Part shown: one piece after another, positions 1-9,237 of the stretch
Position numbering within the stretch: position 1 is the first letter of the stretch
Layout: every line of letters starts with the position of its first letter
Assembly: GCA_964404815.1 (NCBI GenBank)
Contig: CAYOLR010000003.1
Span: 1-38,256, forward strand
Origin: an uncultured Halobacteriales archaeon
GTDB lineage: Archaea > Halobacteriota > Halobacteria > Halobacteriales > Hikarchaeaceae
Reading direction: 5' to 3'
Length of the DNA: 38,256 bases
Made by a program: the position numbers and the translations under genes
Notes under the pieces: model-generated
Database searches by the model: none
Seen by the model: the letters and a program-made list of their open reading frames with translations, nothing else
What the model was told of the DNA's origin: nothing

Positions 1-1015
1 GGAGTACGACGCCATGATCGACGGCGAGTATGATCCCGGCGAGATGGTCCTCCGGGTGCGGACCGATATCGACCATCCCAATCCCGCCCTCCGCGACTGG
101 GTGGCCTTCCGCCAGATCGCGACCCCCCATCCCCGCCCCGAGGCCGAGGGATTTCGGTGCTGGCCGACGCTGGATTTCCAGTCGGGGATCGACGATCACC
201 TGTTGGAAGTTTCCCACATCATCCGGGGGATCGATCTTCAGGACTCGGCCAAACGCCAACGGTTCGTGTATGAGTACTTCGGCTGGGACTATCCGGAGGT
301 CGTCCACTGGGGCCACGTGCAGGTCGACGAATACGACGTCAAGCTGTCGACCTCGCGGATCGGGGAGCTGATCGAGGCGGGCGAGCTCGACGGCTGGGAT
401 GATCCCCGCGCACCGACGATCCGGAGCGTCCGCCGCCGGGGCATCCGGGGTGAGGCGGTGCGGGAGGCGATGATCGAACTCGGGACCTCGACGAGCAACG
501 TCGAGCTCTCGATGTCGACCGTCTACGCGAAGAACCGAGAGCACATCGACATGGCGGCGGATCGGCTGTTCCTGGTCCGTGAGGGTGTCGAGAAGCAAGT
601 CCTCGGCGGCCCGGCGGTCGGCGAACCGCCGGTCCACCCCGAGGACGACCAGCGTGGCGTCCGAACCCTCCCCGTCGCGGCCGGGGTGCTACTCGAACCG
701 GATGACGTCCCGCCGAACGGGCAGCGGGTCTGGCTGAAGGGCTTCGGCTGCGTCCGGCATACGCGGGACGCCCTCGAATACGAAGCGGCCGATATCGACG
801 TCGTTAGAGCGGGCGAGGCCGACGTGGTCCATTGGGTCCCAGCCACGGAGAACCAGCCGGTGAGGCTTCGAACGATGGAGGGCGACGTCGAGGGCGTCGC
901 CGAGCACGGGGTGACAGAATACCACCCTGACGACATCGTCCAGTTCGAACGGGTCGGGTTCGCCCGCATCGATTCCACGGGAAACCCGACCGTCGCCTAC
1001 TTCGCCCACCCCTGA
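1..1015 (+). CDS. gltX: Glutamate--tRNA ligase, archaeal type (5'-truncated by window edge)
   Basis: Motifs DWVAFR, WPTLDF, SHIIRG.DL, KLSTS (KMSKS-like), GWDDPR.PT and QFERVGF.RID are typical of archaeal GluRS; the frame is open from the window start. Confidence 0.96.
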   Translation, partial: EYDAMIDGEYDPGEMVLRVRTDIDHPNPALRDWVAFRQIATPHPRPEAEGFRCWPTLDFQSGIDDHLLEVSHIIRGIDLQDSAKRQRFVYEYFGWDYPEVVHWGHVQVDEYDVKLSTSRIGELIEAGELDGWDDPRAPTIRSVRRRGIRGEAVREAMIELGTSTSNVELSMSTVYAKNREHIDMAADRLFLVREGVEKQVLGGPAVGEPPVHPEDDQRGVRTLPVAAGVLLEPDDVPPNGQRVWLKGFGCVRHTRDALEYEAADIDVVRAGEADVVHWVPATENQPVRLRTMEGDVEGVAEHGVTEYHPDDIVQFERVGFARIDSTGNPTVAYFAHP

Positions 1016-1192
1016 TTAGGGGTCGTGCCTCGCGGAGGCCGCCGCCTCGGCGATGTCCGCCGCCAGTTCCTCGGCTTCGTCCGGCGTATAGAGCGGTGGA
1101 TCCCCGACACTCTGTTCGATGCGAACGTAGCCGTCCTCGAGATCGATCTCGAAATACGCACGATCCTCGAGTGGCTCCACGGGGCCAGTCAT
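1016..1192 (-). CDS. Small acidic hypothetical protein (58 aa, MTGPVEPLED...)
   Basis: Only the acidic C-terminal part of ORF 1016..1513 looks haloarchaeal; ATG at 1192 lies about 25 nt downstream of a CTTAAG TATA-like box (leaderless). Confidence 0.7.
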   Translation of the reverse strand: MTGPVEPLEDRAYFEIDLEDGYVRIEQSVGDPPLYTPDEAEELAADIAEAAASARHDP

Positions 1193-1565
1193 TATCGACT
1201 GGTGGGCTGGCCGAGCCTTAAGCCTACTTTCCTCACCGAGAGCGTCCAGCCGTTCAAGGCGAGCGTGCATCGCGGCACCTTCCCCGGGTTTATGCCACAT
1301 TGCGCCCTGACGCACACTGACCCGAGGTGGCCCCCCCATGCCGGGACAATCGAACAATATCGGGATTCCATCGTCGGATCGAGGCAGGCACCCCCTGCCG
1401 CCGACGGACGATGGATGCGGGCGACAAGGTGCTCCCGAATCCCAGCCGGGATAGGGATACCGGGGGCGAGGCGCCCCCAGCACACCGCCGGCGTGCGAAC
1501 CCGAGGTTCCCAACCCTGCCGCTCCGATGCGGTGGGAAGCCCCGCCGTTGTCGACGGGGAGGACA

Positions 1566-3797
1566 TCACTCGACCGCGTCGTAGCGGTCCCGTTCGGCGG
1601 CCGCGACGTCGTTCCCGTAGGTATCGACCAACGGTCGGACGGCCGCGCCGAGGGCCCGCATGCATTGTCGGGTCGAGGGGTACTCGAGTTCGTCGGTGAT
1701 GGCCGACCAGGGTGCCGCCTGGAGGACCTTTCTAACGAGCAACCGCTCCTGTTCGGTCGTCAACCCGACCGGTTCGTTCGGATCGACGAGATGTTTGACA
1801 ACCAGTTCTCGGAACGGGTCCGGATCGACATCGATCAGCCCCGGCCCGTAGGCCATGCCGGCGATCCGCCGCCAGTCTTCGTCGGGGAGCGTGAGTTGGA
1901 CCGTGGTATCACACGCCCGACAGGCCGCGACCGCGATGTCAGGGTCGAGATCGGACAGGGCATCCGAGAGAACGGCCGGGATTCGACGGGCGAACCAGGC
2001 CGCCTGCCGGTTGTGTAGTGAGGTTCCGTCGTCGGTGACGGGCTTGAGCATGATCGCTGAGTGTTCACCGCTGGACTCGTTCCGCGTCGTGGAGAGATGA
2101 ATGGTCGAGTAGCCGTTCCGGGCCCAGAACCCCACGAGCTGCGGTGTCGCGCCATAGCCGACCCCGAACCAATCAACGTCGTTGGAAAACTCGTTCTCGA
2201 TGCGCCGGAGCAAGGTCGTTCCTAACCCACGGGACCTAACCGCCGCGTGCGTCGCGATGCGCATCACTCGAAACCCGACCGGTTGTGCGGCGGCCTCATC
2301 GCGGAGCTGGCTCGCCATGACGTCGGGAAGCATGTTGCCGCGAACCCGCCCGCCTTCGTACATGACGGCCTGTTGCTCCGCGGAGAGATCGCCCTCCCGT
2401 GCCAGGAGCGCCACCGAGACGGCGTGGCCGTCGTGTAGCAGGGCCCGAGCGTTGATGTTCGGGGCGTCGAGAAGCCTGGCGAAGTCCGACGGCTCAGTTC
2501 GATAGTGGGCAAGTACGAGCAAGCCAAAGACCTCCCGCAGAAGCGGCTCATCATCGAGGAGCATCGCCGCCGTGAGGGCTCGATACTCGACCGTGTCGGG
2601 ATCGGCCCCCGTAACGACAGCCTTGGTCGCCGGTCTGGCGTCGAGGAGCAACGCGCGGAACGACCAGATCTCGATCGGGTCGCCTTGCGCATACCTGATC
2701 GGCTCGGCCATTTCGACGTCGGTTACCGTCAGACCGCTTCGGGCAAGCCGATCGCGAAACCTGACCGAAAAGCCCCGACCAGCCCCCTCGTACCCGTGGA
2801 TGGTCGTCGTGAAGGCCACGCGATCCTTCTCGAGGAAGTCGGTCAGGAGCGGGACCGAGATCGCCGCCGCCTCGTCGACGATGAGCACGTCGGCCGCCAC
2901 GTCCCTTGCGGGGTCGGGTCGGCGAAACGACACCCCTCCCCCCGTCCCGGTCGTGAGATCGTGACCGGAGCCACGATCTAGATCGTTCAGCCGGGAAAGC
3001 AGGTCCTCGGCCCGGATGAACGCCTCCGCCGCTCGTCGGTACTCGGGAGCCGTTATGACGACACATTCCCCCTGCAACGCGAGTGAGGCAGCCGCGAGGC
3101 CGGCGACACTCGATTTGCCCCGGCCGCGATCGGCCTCGACGACGACCGCCGACCCATCCTCGAGCAGAGTTTCGAACGCCAGCAGTGCCTCCACCTGGCC
3201 GGACGTCACACACGATTCATAGGCGATTCGGTCGAACCGATGGTCGTCGGGGACACTGGGTGGTTCGGGTGGCGCCCTGGGAGGGGGGTCGGTCAACCCA
3301 CGGCGTTCGATGCGATCGCTGTCGATATCGACGATGGCGATCCCCGGGTGTGATCTGAGGGTGGTGACAAACCGGCGACGGAAGTGGCCAGCGACGTCGG
3401 ACACCGCAAAGGGCGGCACCGCCAGGGTCTCGTCGAACGCATCTCGTTCGGTTGGCCAGCTCTCGAGCGACGGGGCCAGTAGGACGAACAGACCTCCGCC
3501 CCCGACGGTGCCGACGATTCGACCCAAGACGTTCGGATCGAGGCCTGAATGGCCGTCGAAAACGATCGTGTCTCTGGTCGACCCGAGGAGGGTGGCCGCA
3601 TCGGCCGGTGCAAGGGTCGGGAGGTCGACGTCCGCCCGTCCCACGTAGGTGACCGCCTCCGGGGCGATGTCAGCACCGTCGAGGACCGCATCGATCGCGT
3701 CCAGGCCATCGGAGTGTGAGCCGGCCAGGACGAGCATCCGGCGTTCGTCGACGGCCCTCGCCTCCTCCCGAAGCGCCCCGGCGAGGTCCGAGAGCAT
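1566..3797 (-). CDS. tmcA: tRNA(Met) cytidine acetyltransferase TmcA
   Basis: DUF1726 N-terminus (ERRMLVLAG), helicase P-loop ADRGRGKS, DEAAA, TTTIHGYEGAGRGF, LAHYRTEP.D and GNAT motif RIATH..VRSRGLG. Start placed at MLSDLA (3797) because the longer ORF overlaps the divergent gene. Confidence 0.95.
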   Translation of the reverse strand: MLSDLAGALREEARAVDERRMLVLAGSHSDGLDAIDAVLDGADIAPEAVTYVGRADVDLPTLAPADAATLLGSTRDTIVFDGHSGLDPNVLGRIVGTVGGGGLFVLLAPSLESWPTERDAFDETLAVPPFAVSDVAGHFRRRFVTTLRSHPGIAIVDIDSDRIERRGLTDPPPRAPPEPPSVPDDHRFDRIAYESCVTSGQVEALLAFETLLEDGSAVVVEADRGRGKSSVAGLAAASLALQGECVVITAPEYRRAAEAFIRAEDLLSRLNDLDRGSGHDLTTGTGGGVSFRRPDPARDVAADVLIVDEAAAISVPLLTDFLEKDRVAFTTTIHGYEGAGRGFSVRFRDRLARSGLTVTDVEMAEPIRYAQGDPIEIWSFRALLLDARPATKAVVTGADPDTVEYRALTAAMLLDDEPLLREVFGLLVLAHYRTEPSDFARLLDAPNINARALLHDGHAVSVALLAREGDLSAEQQAVMYEGGRVRGNMLPDVMASQLRDEAAAQPVGFRVMRIATHAAVRSRGLGTTLLRRIENEFSNDVDWFGVGYGATPQLVGFWARNGYSTIHLSTTRNESSGEHSAIMLKPVTDDGTSLHNRQAAWFARRIPAVLSDALSDLDPDIAVAACRACDTTVQLTLPDEDWRRIAGMAYGPGLIDVDPDPFRELVVKHLVDPNEPVGLTTEQERLLVRKVLQAAPWSAITDELEYPSTRQCMRALGAAVRPLVDTYGNDVAAAERDRYDAVE

Positions 3798-3878
3798 GTC
3801 TTCACTGACGGGAGGCCAGGCCAAGGAAGTGCCGGTCCGGGGAGAACGCTGATTTGGCCCGACGGTGTCCGGGGCGAC

Positions 3879-4886
3879 ATGGCAGATACCAACCGCCAGT
3901 GGCTGTTGGCCGATCGCCCGGAGGGGACCCCGACTATGGAAGCCTTCGAGTTGGTCGAGAACGAGATCCCCGAACCGGACAACGACGAAGTCCTGGTTCG
4001 GACTCGCTACCTCTCGGTCGATCCGTATATGCGGGGGCGAATGCGGGATAGCGACTCGTACGCCGAGCCATGGTCGGTCGGCGAACCGATGAAGGCGGGG
4101 GTCGTCGGCGAGGTGGTGCGCTCGCACCATCCGAATTTCGAGGCGGGTGACATCGTTTCCGGGGATCTCCACTGGGCAGAGTATGCCACGGCCCCCGGCC
4201 ACCGTTTGGTCCCGGTCGACCCCGAGATCTCGCCAATTTCCACCGCCCTGGGAGTGCTGGGGATGCCCGGGCGGACGGCGTATTTCGGGACGCTCGACGT
4301 CGCTGACGTGCGGCCCGGCGACACGGTTCTCGTGTCCGCGGCGGCCGGCGCGGTCGGTTCGGTCGTCGGCCAGATCGCGAAGCTTTCAGGATGCCATGTC
4401 GTCGGGATCGCAGGCTCCGATCGAAAACTCGCGTTCGTCACCGACGAGTGCGGGATGGACGCCGGGATCAATTACAACTCGGACGAGGTCAGTGCGGCCA
4501 TCGCCGAGACATGTCCCGACGGGGTCGACGTCTACTTCGACAACGTCGGCGGCGAGATAACCGATGCGGCCTTCGGACATCTATCGGTCGGGGCACGTGT
4601 CGCTGTGTGTGGACAGATCGCCCTGTACAACAAAGAGAGCATTCCCACGGGTCCCCGGAAGCTGGGGACGCTCATTACAAAGCGCGCGTCGGTCGAGGGT
4701 TTTCTCGTGAGCGACTTCGACCACCGTCGGGAGGAAGCCACCGATCGCCTCGGACGATGGGTTTCGGCCAACGATATCGTGTACCGAGAATCCGTCACGT
4801 CGGGGCTCGAAAACGCCCCCGAGGCGTTCCTCTCGCTTTTCGAAGGGGCGAACATCGGAAAGCAATTAGTTTCGGTCGATACGTGA
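3879..4886 (+). CDS. NADP-dependent oxidoreductase, CurA/prostaglandin-reductase-like MDR family
   Basis: YLSVDPYMRGRM, GVLGMPGRTAYFG, SAAAGAVGS, DVYFDNVGG, GANIGKQLV. Confidence 0.93.
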   Translation: MADTNRQWLLADRPEGTPTMEAFELVENEIPEPDNDEVLVRTRYLSVDPYMRGRMRDSDSYAEPWSVGEPMKAGVVGEVVRSHHPNFEAGDIVSGDLHWAEYATAPGHRLVPVDPEISPISTALGVLGMPGRTAYFGTLDVADVRPGDTVLVSAAAGAVGSVVGQIAKLSGCHVVGIAGSDRKLAFVTDECGMDAGINYNSDEVSAAIAETCPDGVDVYFDNVGGEITDAAFGHLSVGARVAVCGQIALYNKESIPTGPRKLGTLITKRASVEGFLVSDFDHRREEATDRLGRWVSANDIVYRESVTSGLENAPEAFLSLFEGANIGKQLVSVDT

Positions 4887-4929
4887 TACCAACCAGGGGT
4901 GTAGGCCAGTTTCGACTCCGACGGGTTTC

Positions 4930-5110
4930 AGGGACGGCTCACCGCGATTGACATCCTCACCCGCCTGGAGGCAGGGTGAATCCCAAGCGTTCGGATATTA
5001 AGGTTTGCAGTCTGCCTGTTCTTGTGGATGGAACGCACCCGTGGTTAAATCGAACAGGTAGACTCCGGGCTGTGCCGACCAGCCGTTACTCATATCCCCG
5101 GTCGGGGGAG
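4930..5110 (-). ncRNA. Probable TnpB omega-RNA / sense-overlapping transcript at the right end
   Basis: Inferred from position over the tnpB 3' end and right-end hairpin; the predicted guide is the flank TCGCGGTGAGCCGTCCCTGA. Boundaries approximate. Confidence 0.55.
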
Positions 5111-5678
5111 TTTGAGATATCTTTCGACGGATATCACCGCACCGTTCACGTCTGCGTTCATCGTCGTCTCACACGAGTCACAGACGAACAGCCCACGCTC
5201 GACGCGATTGGCGTCACGAATCTTCCAACAACACGAACAGGTCTTGGATTGGTTTTCTTCACCCACACGGAGAACCAGTATCCCGTGTTCTTCGGCTTTG
5301 TATTCCACCAGGTTCGTGAACCGGTCGAACTCCCACCCGTGCAACTTTTTGTTTCCCCCCTGGCCGCAGTTTCGTGAATCGCCGTCGTCATCCCCTCGAA
5401 ATCGCTCATGTCGCCAACGGCGATATTCTCGATACCTTCCTCGACACACCACTCAATGTGGGGTTGTCTCCAACGTCGGCCTGCTTCATAACTACTCATG
5501 GATAGAATAGTATTACTAGTGTCGGTTGACCGTGGAATATCCTGCCGGGCTGTCCCTCTGTGGACTGTTACTCACAATGTCGGCTTCATCCCCCCGACTG
5601 TCCGGTCCTCGGTTCCGATTTGAGCGGTCGGAACACTCGTCCCTCACGGGAAGGCGGGGGAATTCTCCTCGACTCTCT
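4948..5678 (-). mobile_element. Internally deleted IS200/IS605-family (IS1341-type) element
   Basis: Minus strand: TTAT followed by left-end hairpin (GAATTCCCCCGCC...GGGGGGATGAAGCCGACA), a tnpB 3' remnant, and a right-end hairpin TCACCCTGCCTCCAGGCGGGTGA ending GATGTCAA at 4948. Confidence 0.8.
4998..5499 (-). pseudogene. tnpB: TnpB (RNA-guided endonuclease) C-terminal remnant, frameshifted
   Basis: Fragments IAVGD, LHGWEFDRFTNLVEYKAEEHGI, SKTCSCC, RVERGLFVCDSC and MNADVNGA (RuvC-III) and tail MSNGW.AQPGVYLFD...DCKP* lie in different frames; the N-terminal two thirds is absent. Confidence 0.88.
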
Positions 5679-6048
5679 ATAACCGCCCTCTCGTTTTCTT
5701 GCAGCACTGCGGAGTGGGAGGTTCCTGTACCGACCGCCGAGCCCCGTGACCGCTTCACGAAGAATTTGAGGACGTGGCGGAACCTCGTCACCGATGGTGC
5801 CAGTTTTACCTGTATTGCGACGAGTCGGTCGGGATTCGGTTCGGTCACCCCGGCGTCCGTTGACCCTCAAAAAGTCCGGTTGTCAAGGCGGCCCCGGCCC
5901 CGTCCACGAACCGGTCGGCTTGCTTCCACCGGGCGGGGTTGGACCGATGAACGATGTCGGAGACCACTACCACGCCGCCGTGGCGATCGAATTCGGTCAC
6001 GCCGATCGCCGTTGGTCCGTCCAGGCAGCATGGTGCTCCCGAGACGGG

Positions 6049-6846
6049 TCAGGAGAAATAGCCCGCCAAATCCATCTCGCCTGCGCTGGTGGTCTCGGTT
6101 CGGGAAGCACCGTCCCGGAGCTTTCGTATTGCGGTGACGACACGTTCTCCGATCGACCAGTAGGCCTCCGCAGCAGGAGTTGCGATATCGTACGCGATGA
6201 CCGACTTGCCGGAATCCTGTGATTCTGGCACGTTCGGGTCGTCGGGGACGTGGCCGAACAATTCCACGCCCATATGATCGGCGATACGTTCCGGGGGTGG
6301 CGCGCTTCCCGTCCCGGATTGGGTGAAAACGATCCCTATAACAGTTCCGCCGACGCGTTCGGTGAGGTTTTTGGTTTTCTGGGTATCACGGACGGCAGCG
6401 AGTCGTGGAGTCGATACCAGTATCACGCCATCCGCGAGGCCGAGCGGAAGTAGCGTTTCGTAGCTCAGCCCGGCCCCGGTGTCGAGAAGAATCACATCGT
6501 ACTCGGATCGGAGCTCTGTCACGGCGGCTCCTAACTTGCGTGGGTCGAGGCTGGCATAACCCTCGATATCGGGCCCGCAGGGCATCACGTCGAATCCTCC
6601 GGCTGCCTCGTAGACCGCGTCCGTCACTGCCGCCCGGTCGTTGAGAACATCATGAAGGCTAGGATCGACCCCTGGACGGAACCCGATATCAATAAAGTCG
6701 AGAAGATTGGCCATCGCGAGGTCGACTTCAACCACGACGACGGATCCTGCCAAGGCCTCGAGCGAGGCGCCGAGGTTGATGCTCGTCGTCGTTTTGCCCA
6801 CCCCGCCTTTCGCACTCGCGATCGCGAGCACAACACCGTCTGTCAC
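6049..6846 (-). CDS. minD: MinD/ParA family ATPase
   Basis: Deviant Walker A KGGVGKTT, DLAMANL, SLHDVL, LLDTGAGL, VPDDPNVPES. Confidence 0.92.
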   Translation of the reverse strand: MTDGVVLAIASAKGGVGKTTTSINLGASLEALAGSVVVVEVDLAMANLLDFIDIGFRPGVDPSLHDVLNDRAAVTDAVYEAAGGFDVMPCGPDIEGYASLDPRKLGAAVTELRSEYDVILLDTGAGLSYETLLPLGLADGVILVSTPRLAAVRDTQKTKNLTERVGGTVIGIVFTQSGTGSAPPPERIADHMGVELFGHVPDDPNVPESQDSGKSVIAYDIATPAAEAYWSIGERVVTAIRKLRDGASRTETTSAGEMDLAGYFS

Positions 6847-6892
6847 GATGTGAGGCTATTTCAGGTACCGGGTATTAAGCCTGGTTCATCGG

Positions 6893-6908
6893 TTATCAGC
6901 TTCGATAA
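6893..6908. promoter_or_regulatory. Palindromic site TTATC-N6-GATAA upstream of first minD
   Basis: TTATC AGCTTC GATAA, 13 bp from TATA CTTAATA (minus strand). Confidence 0.75.
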
Positions 6909-6918
6909 TAATTCTGGA

Positions 6919-7524
6919 TCATGAAAACAGCGCCTGCATCCAATCGTCATCGGTGGCCGGGGCCGTTCTCGTCGCCGCAAGCTGTTCGGCGAGTTCTTCC
7001 TCGAACGGTTCGATCATTGGTTGGACCCGTTCCCGAAGGTCATCGATTCGGCTCTGGAGTCGATGATATTCGTCGCTATTAGCGAGTTCCTCAGGGGTTT
7101 TTTCGGATTCGAGGGAATGCCGTTTCGCCACTAGCGAAAAGAACTCCTGGACTTGGACGTCCCTGACGGAAAGGGCCTGGACACGTTCGATCGCGGAAAT
7201 TAATTCTTCAGAACTTACAGGTTTGGTTAGATACTCGTTAAAGGGCATTGTGATCACGTCGAAATCCGGGTCGATTCCGGTCACCATTACGACGCCACAG
7301 TCGTACCCCTCGGACCGGATCCTGTCAAGAACTGAATCGCCGGAGAGTTCGGGCATCCGTCGGTCTAAGAGGACCACGTCGATAGATTCATCCATACGGT
7401 CCAGGGCCTCCTGACCACCTGGGGCGGTGGCGACCGAATACCGCTCCTCGAGGAGTTCCGCGTAGATCTCGACTACCTGGGGGTCGTCATCGACGATCAG
7501 GACGGTCGTCGTCTCCGAACTCAT
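6919..7524 (-). CDS. Response regulator, receiver plus HalX domain
   Basis: VLIVDDD, VLLDRRMP (phosphoacceptor Asp), YLTKPV, then HalX-like EFFSLVAKR..LESEK..EEL..SDEY.RL; no DNA-binding domain. Confidence 0.92.
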   Translation of the reverse strand: MSSETTTVLIVDDDPQVVEIYAELLEERYSVATAPGGQEALDRMDESIDVVLLDRRMPELSGDSVLDRIRSEGYDCGVVMVTGIDPDFDVITMPFNEYLTKPVSSEELISAIERVQALSVRDVQVQEFFSLVAKRHSLESEKTPEELANSDEYHRLQSRIDDLRERVQPMIEPFEEELAEQLAATRTAPATDDDWMQALFS

Positions 7525-7567
7525 GAGGGAACGTGTCGCGTAAAAACTGAAAAAGGATGGTGTTTAA

Positions 7568-7583
7568 TTATCAGAACGGATAA
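7568..7583. promoter_or_regulatory. Palindromic site upstream of HalX response regulator
   Basis: AATTATC AGAACG GATAATT, core 13 bp from TTTTTCAG (minus strand). Confidence 0.75.
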
Positions 7584-7590
7584 TTTACAA

Positions 7591-8676
7591 CTACCCAGCG
7601 GCTCGGCTGGTCGTCGGGCTACTGGAGGAGACGGGCTCAACAGCGGGGAGACGGAGCTCCACTACGCTCCCGCTCGGGTCGTTCCGTTCGAACGTTACCG
7701 TTCCCCCGTAACTTTCAACCACCCATTTGACGAGCCAGAGCCCAAGTCCCTCGCTGTGAACGAGGTCGGTTTCGTTTGCTCCTTGGAGTACCCGTCGTTC
7801 GTGCTCGGGGATGCCGGGGCCGTCGTCGGCGACCCGGACTACGATGTGGTCTGCCGACCGCCTGACCGAGATTTCGATCGACGGGGACGAGTGGCCGTGT
7901 TCGATGGCGTTTTCGAGGAGGTTGTCCAGAACCGAGGCGAATAGCGAATCCCCTCTCGCCCACGCTGACTCCGGAAGGTCCAGATCGACCGTCGTGTTGG
8001 GGTAGTTCGATCGGATCATAGACGTCCGCTCCCGGACGGTGGCGACGACGTCGATTCGTGAGGCGTCGTCGAGGGGTCCGATCGATTCAATCTTCCGGGC
8101 CGAATCGCTGAGGCTAACGACCTCCTGGATCTTTCGTCGAATTGATTCGAGGGTCGCTTCGTCACTTCCATTGTCGGCGTGAAGTTGATCGAGATATCCC
8201 AGCAGCACGTTCATGTCGTTTCGGATGTTGTGTCGAAGAACTCGGTTCATTACGACGTTCTTCCGGTTGAGTTCAAGCGCTTTTTCGTGTTCTTTCCGAA
8301 GCTCTTTCACCATACCAAGGAGCACGCCGACGACCCCGCCTGCGGCAATCGTGTTGACGAACAGTGTCGGGAACAGGTATAGGATGCGGGTTTGAACCTG
8401 GACGACCGTGAGAATAACGCCTATAAAGGTCGGGATGGAGAGCCCCACCGCACTCCATGCCGCGATGTTCCATATGAGGTCCTCCGGGAGGTCGCTCAGG
8501 TAAAGCCGATACCCGGCATAGAGGAGCGAGCCCGCCATCATTCCCGCGATTACGGTCCCCAAAACGTTGATGATGGCGGGTGCATCGGTAATAACGAAGT
8601 ACCCGAGTAAACTACTGAGCAGCCCAAGACCAGTTCCGATGAGGTAGCCAATCCCGAGCTGTCGTTTGGTGACCAT
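7591..8676 (-). CDS. Membrane-bound sensor histidine kinase (about 4 TM)
   Basis: Hydrophobic N-terminus, H-box RVLRHNIRND, N-box NLLENAIEH, DDGPGI, GLGLWLV. Confidence 0.93.
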   Translation of the reverse strand: MVTKRQLGIGYLIGTGLGLLSSLLGYFVITDAPAIINVLGTVIAGMMAGSLLYAGYRLYLSDLPEDLIWNIAAWSAVGLSIPTFIGVILTVVQVQTRILYLFPTLFVNTIAAGGVVGVLLGMVKELRKEHEKALELNRKNVVMNRVLRHNIRNDMNVLLGYLDQLHADNGSDEATLESIRRKIQEVVSLSDSARKIESIGPLDDASRIDVVATVRERTSMIRSNYPNTTVDLDLPESAWARGDSLFASVLDNLLENAIEHGHSSPSIEISVRRSADHIVVRVADDGPGIPEHERRVLQGANETDLVHSEGLGLWLVKWVVESYGGTVTFERNDPSGSVVELRLPAVEPVSSSSPTTSRAAG

Positions 8677-8725
8677 CGGGGTGGGCCAGCGTACAGGATG
8701 ACGGAATATAAACTGTCAGTTCCAG

Positions 8726-8741
8726 TTTTCAGTCTATAGAA
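8726..8741. promoter_or_regulatory. Palindromic site variant upstream of first membrane kinase
   Basis: TTTTC AGTCTA TAGAA, 13 bp from TTTATA (minus strand). Confidence 0.55.
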
Positions 8742-8753
8742 TGACTTACGCAG

Positions 8754-9086
8754 TTATCGGATGAGCCACCCGTTTCGGAGGCGGGAAATCGCCTTGGTGA
8801 CAAGCGACCGCCGCCCGGAATCTGCCCGTTCGGCCGCGAGTTTGCGGTTTTTCTCGGTCAGGAGCAACTCGTACCGGTCGATGATGGCTTGTGTCCGGTG
8901 TTCTTTTCGCCGCAACTCTCGTTCTAGCGTTTCGATGCGTTCCGTGCTGGTCGGTGGCGCGCGGCGGCGACGATCCGAGGAAGTCGTCGTTTCGGACTCG
9001 CGGGCAGCCCCTTCGTCCGCGATCATCCGGTTCCAGTCCCAGCCGTCCCGGCCGGAGACGCTTTCTGCGGGGAGGTCGAGCGACAT
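8754..9086 (-). CDS. Hypothetical coiled-coil protein (110 aa)
   Basis: Heptad segment IETLERELRRKE...IIDRYELLL and a basic amphipathic C-terminus; start set at MSLDLP. Confidence 0.7.
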   Translation of the reverse strand: MSLDLPAESVSGRDGWDWNRMIADEGAARESETTTSSDRRRRAPPTSTERIETLERELRRKEHRTQAIIDRYELLLTEKNRKLAAERADSGRRSLVTKAISRLRNGWLIR

Positions 9087-9237
9087 GTCGTTTCGACTGG
9101 GGCCATGACCGTCGAGGACCATAAGCGTACGGCAGACGGAGGGCTGACGGAACGGTGGGGAAATATCAAATATTGAATTTGGGTGCCAACGGTTTTTTAT
9201 TCGGTGGCCGCTCCGAGGGAACGGAGGCACCTGGCGC

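Noticed and set aside
1193-1565. GC-rich spacer between tmcA and the small ORF; considered SRP RNA, RNase P RNA or a coupled ORF (ATG overlapping the tmcA stop)
   Set aside because: No SRP or RNase P signature seen, and translations in all frames lack acidic haloarchaeal composition.
3798-4202. N-terminal extension of the 878-aa tmcA ORF
   Set aside because: Overlaps the oxidoreductase on the opposite strand; TmcA similarity starts at MLSDLA.
5516-5848. 110-aa minus-strand ORF downstream of minD
   Set aside because: Half of it runs through the IS left end and its composition is basic and atypical; at most a disrupted remnant.
9163-9179. Palindrome-like TATCAAATATTGAAT upstream of the TraB-like gene
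   Set aside because: Half-site spacing is one base off, so it was not counted in the regulon, although its position relative to the TATA box fits.
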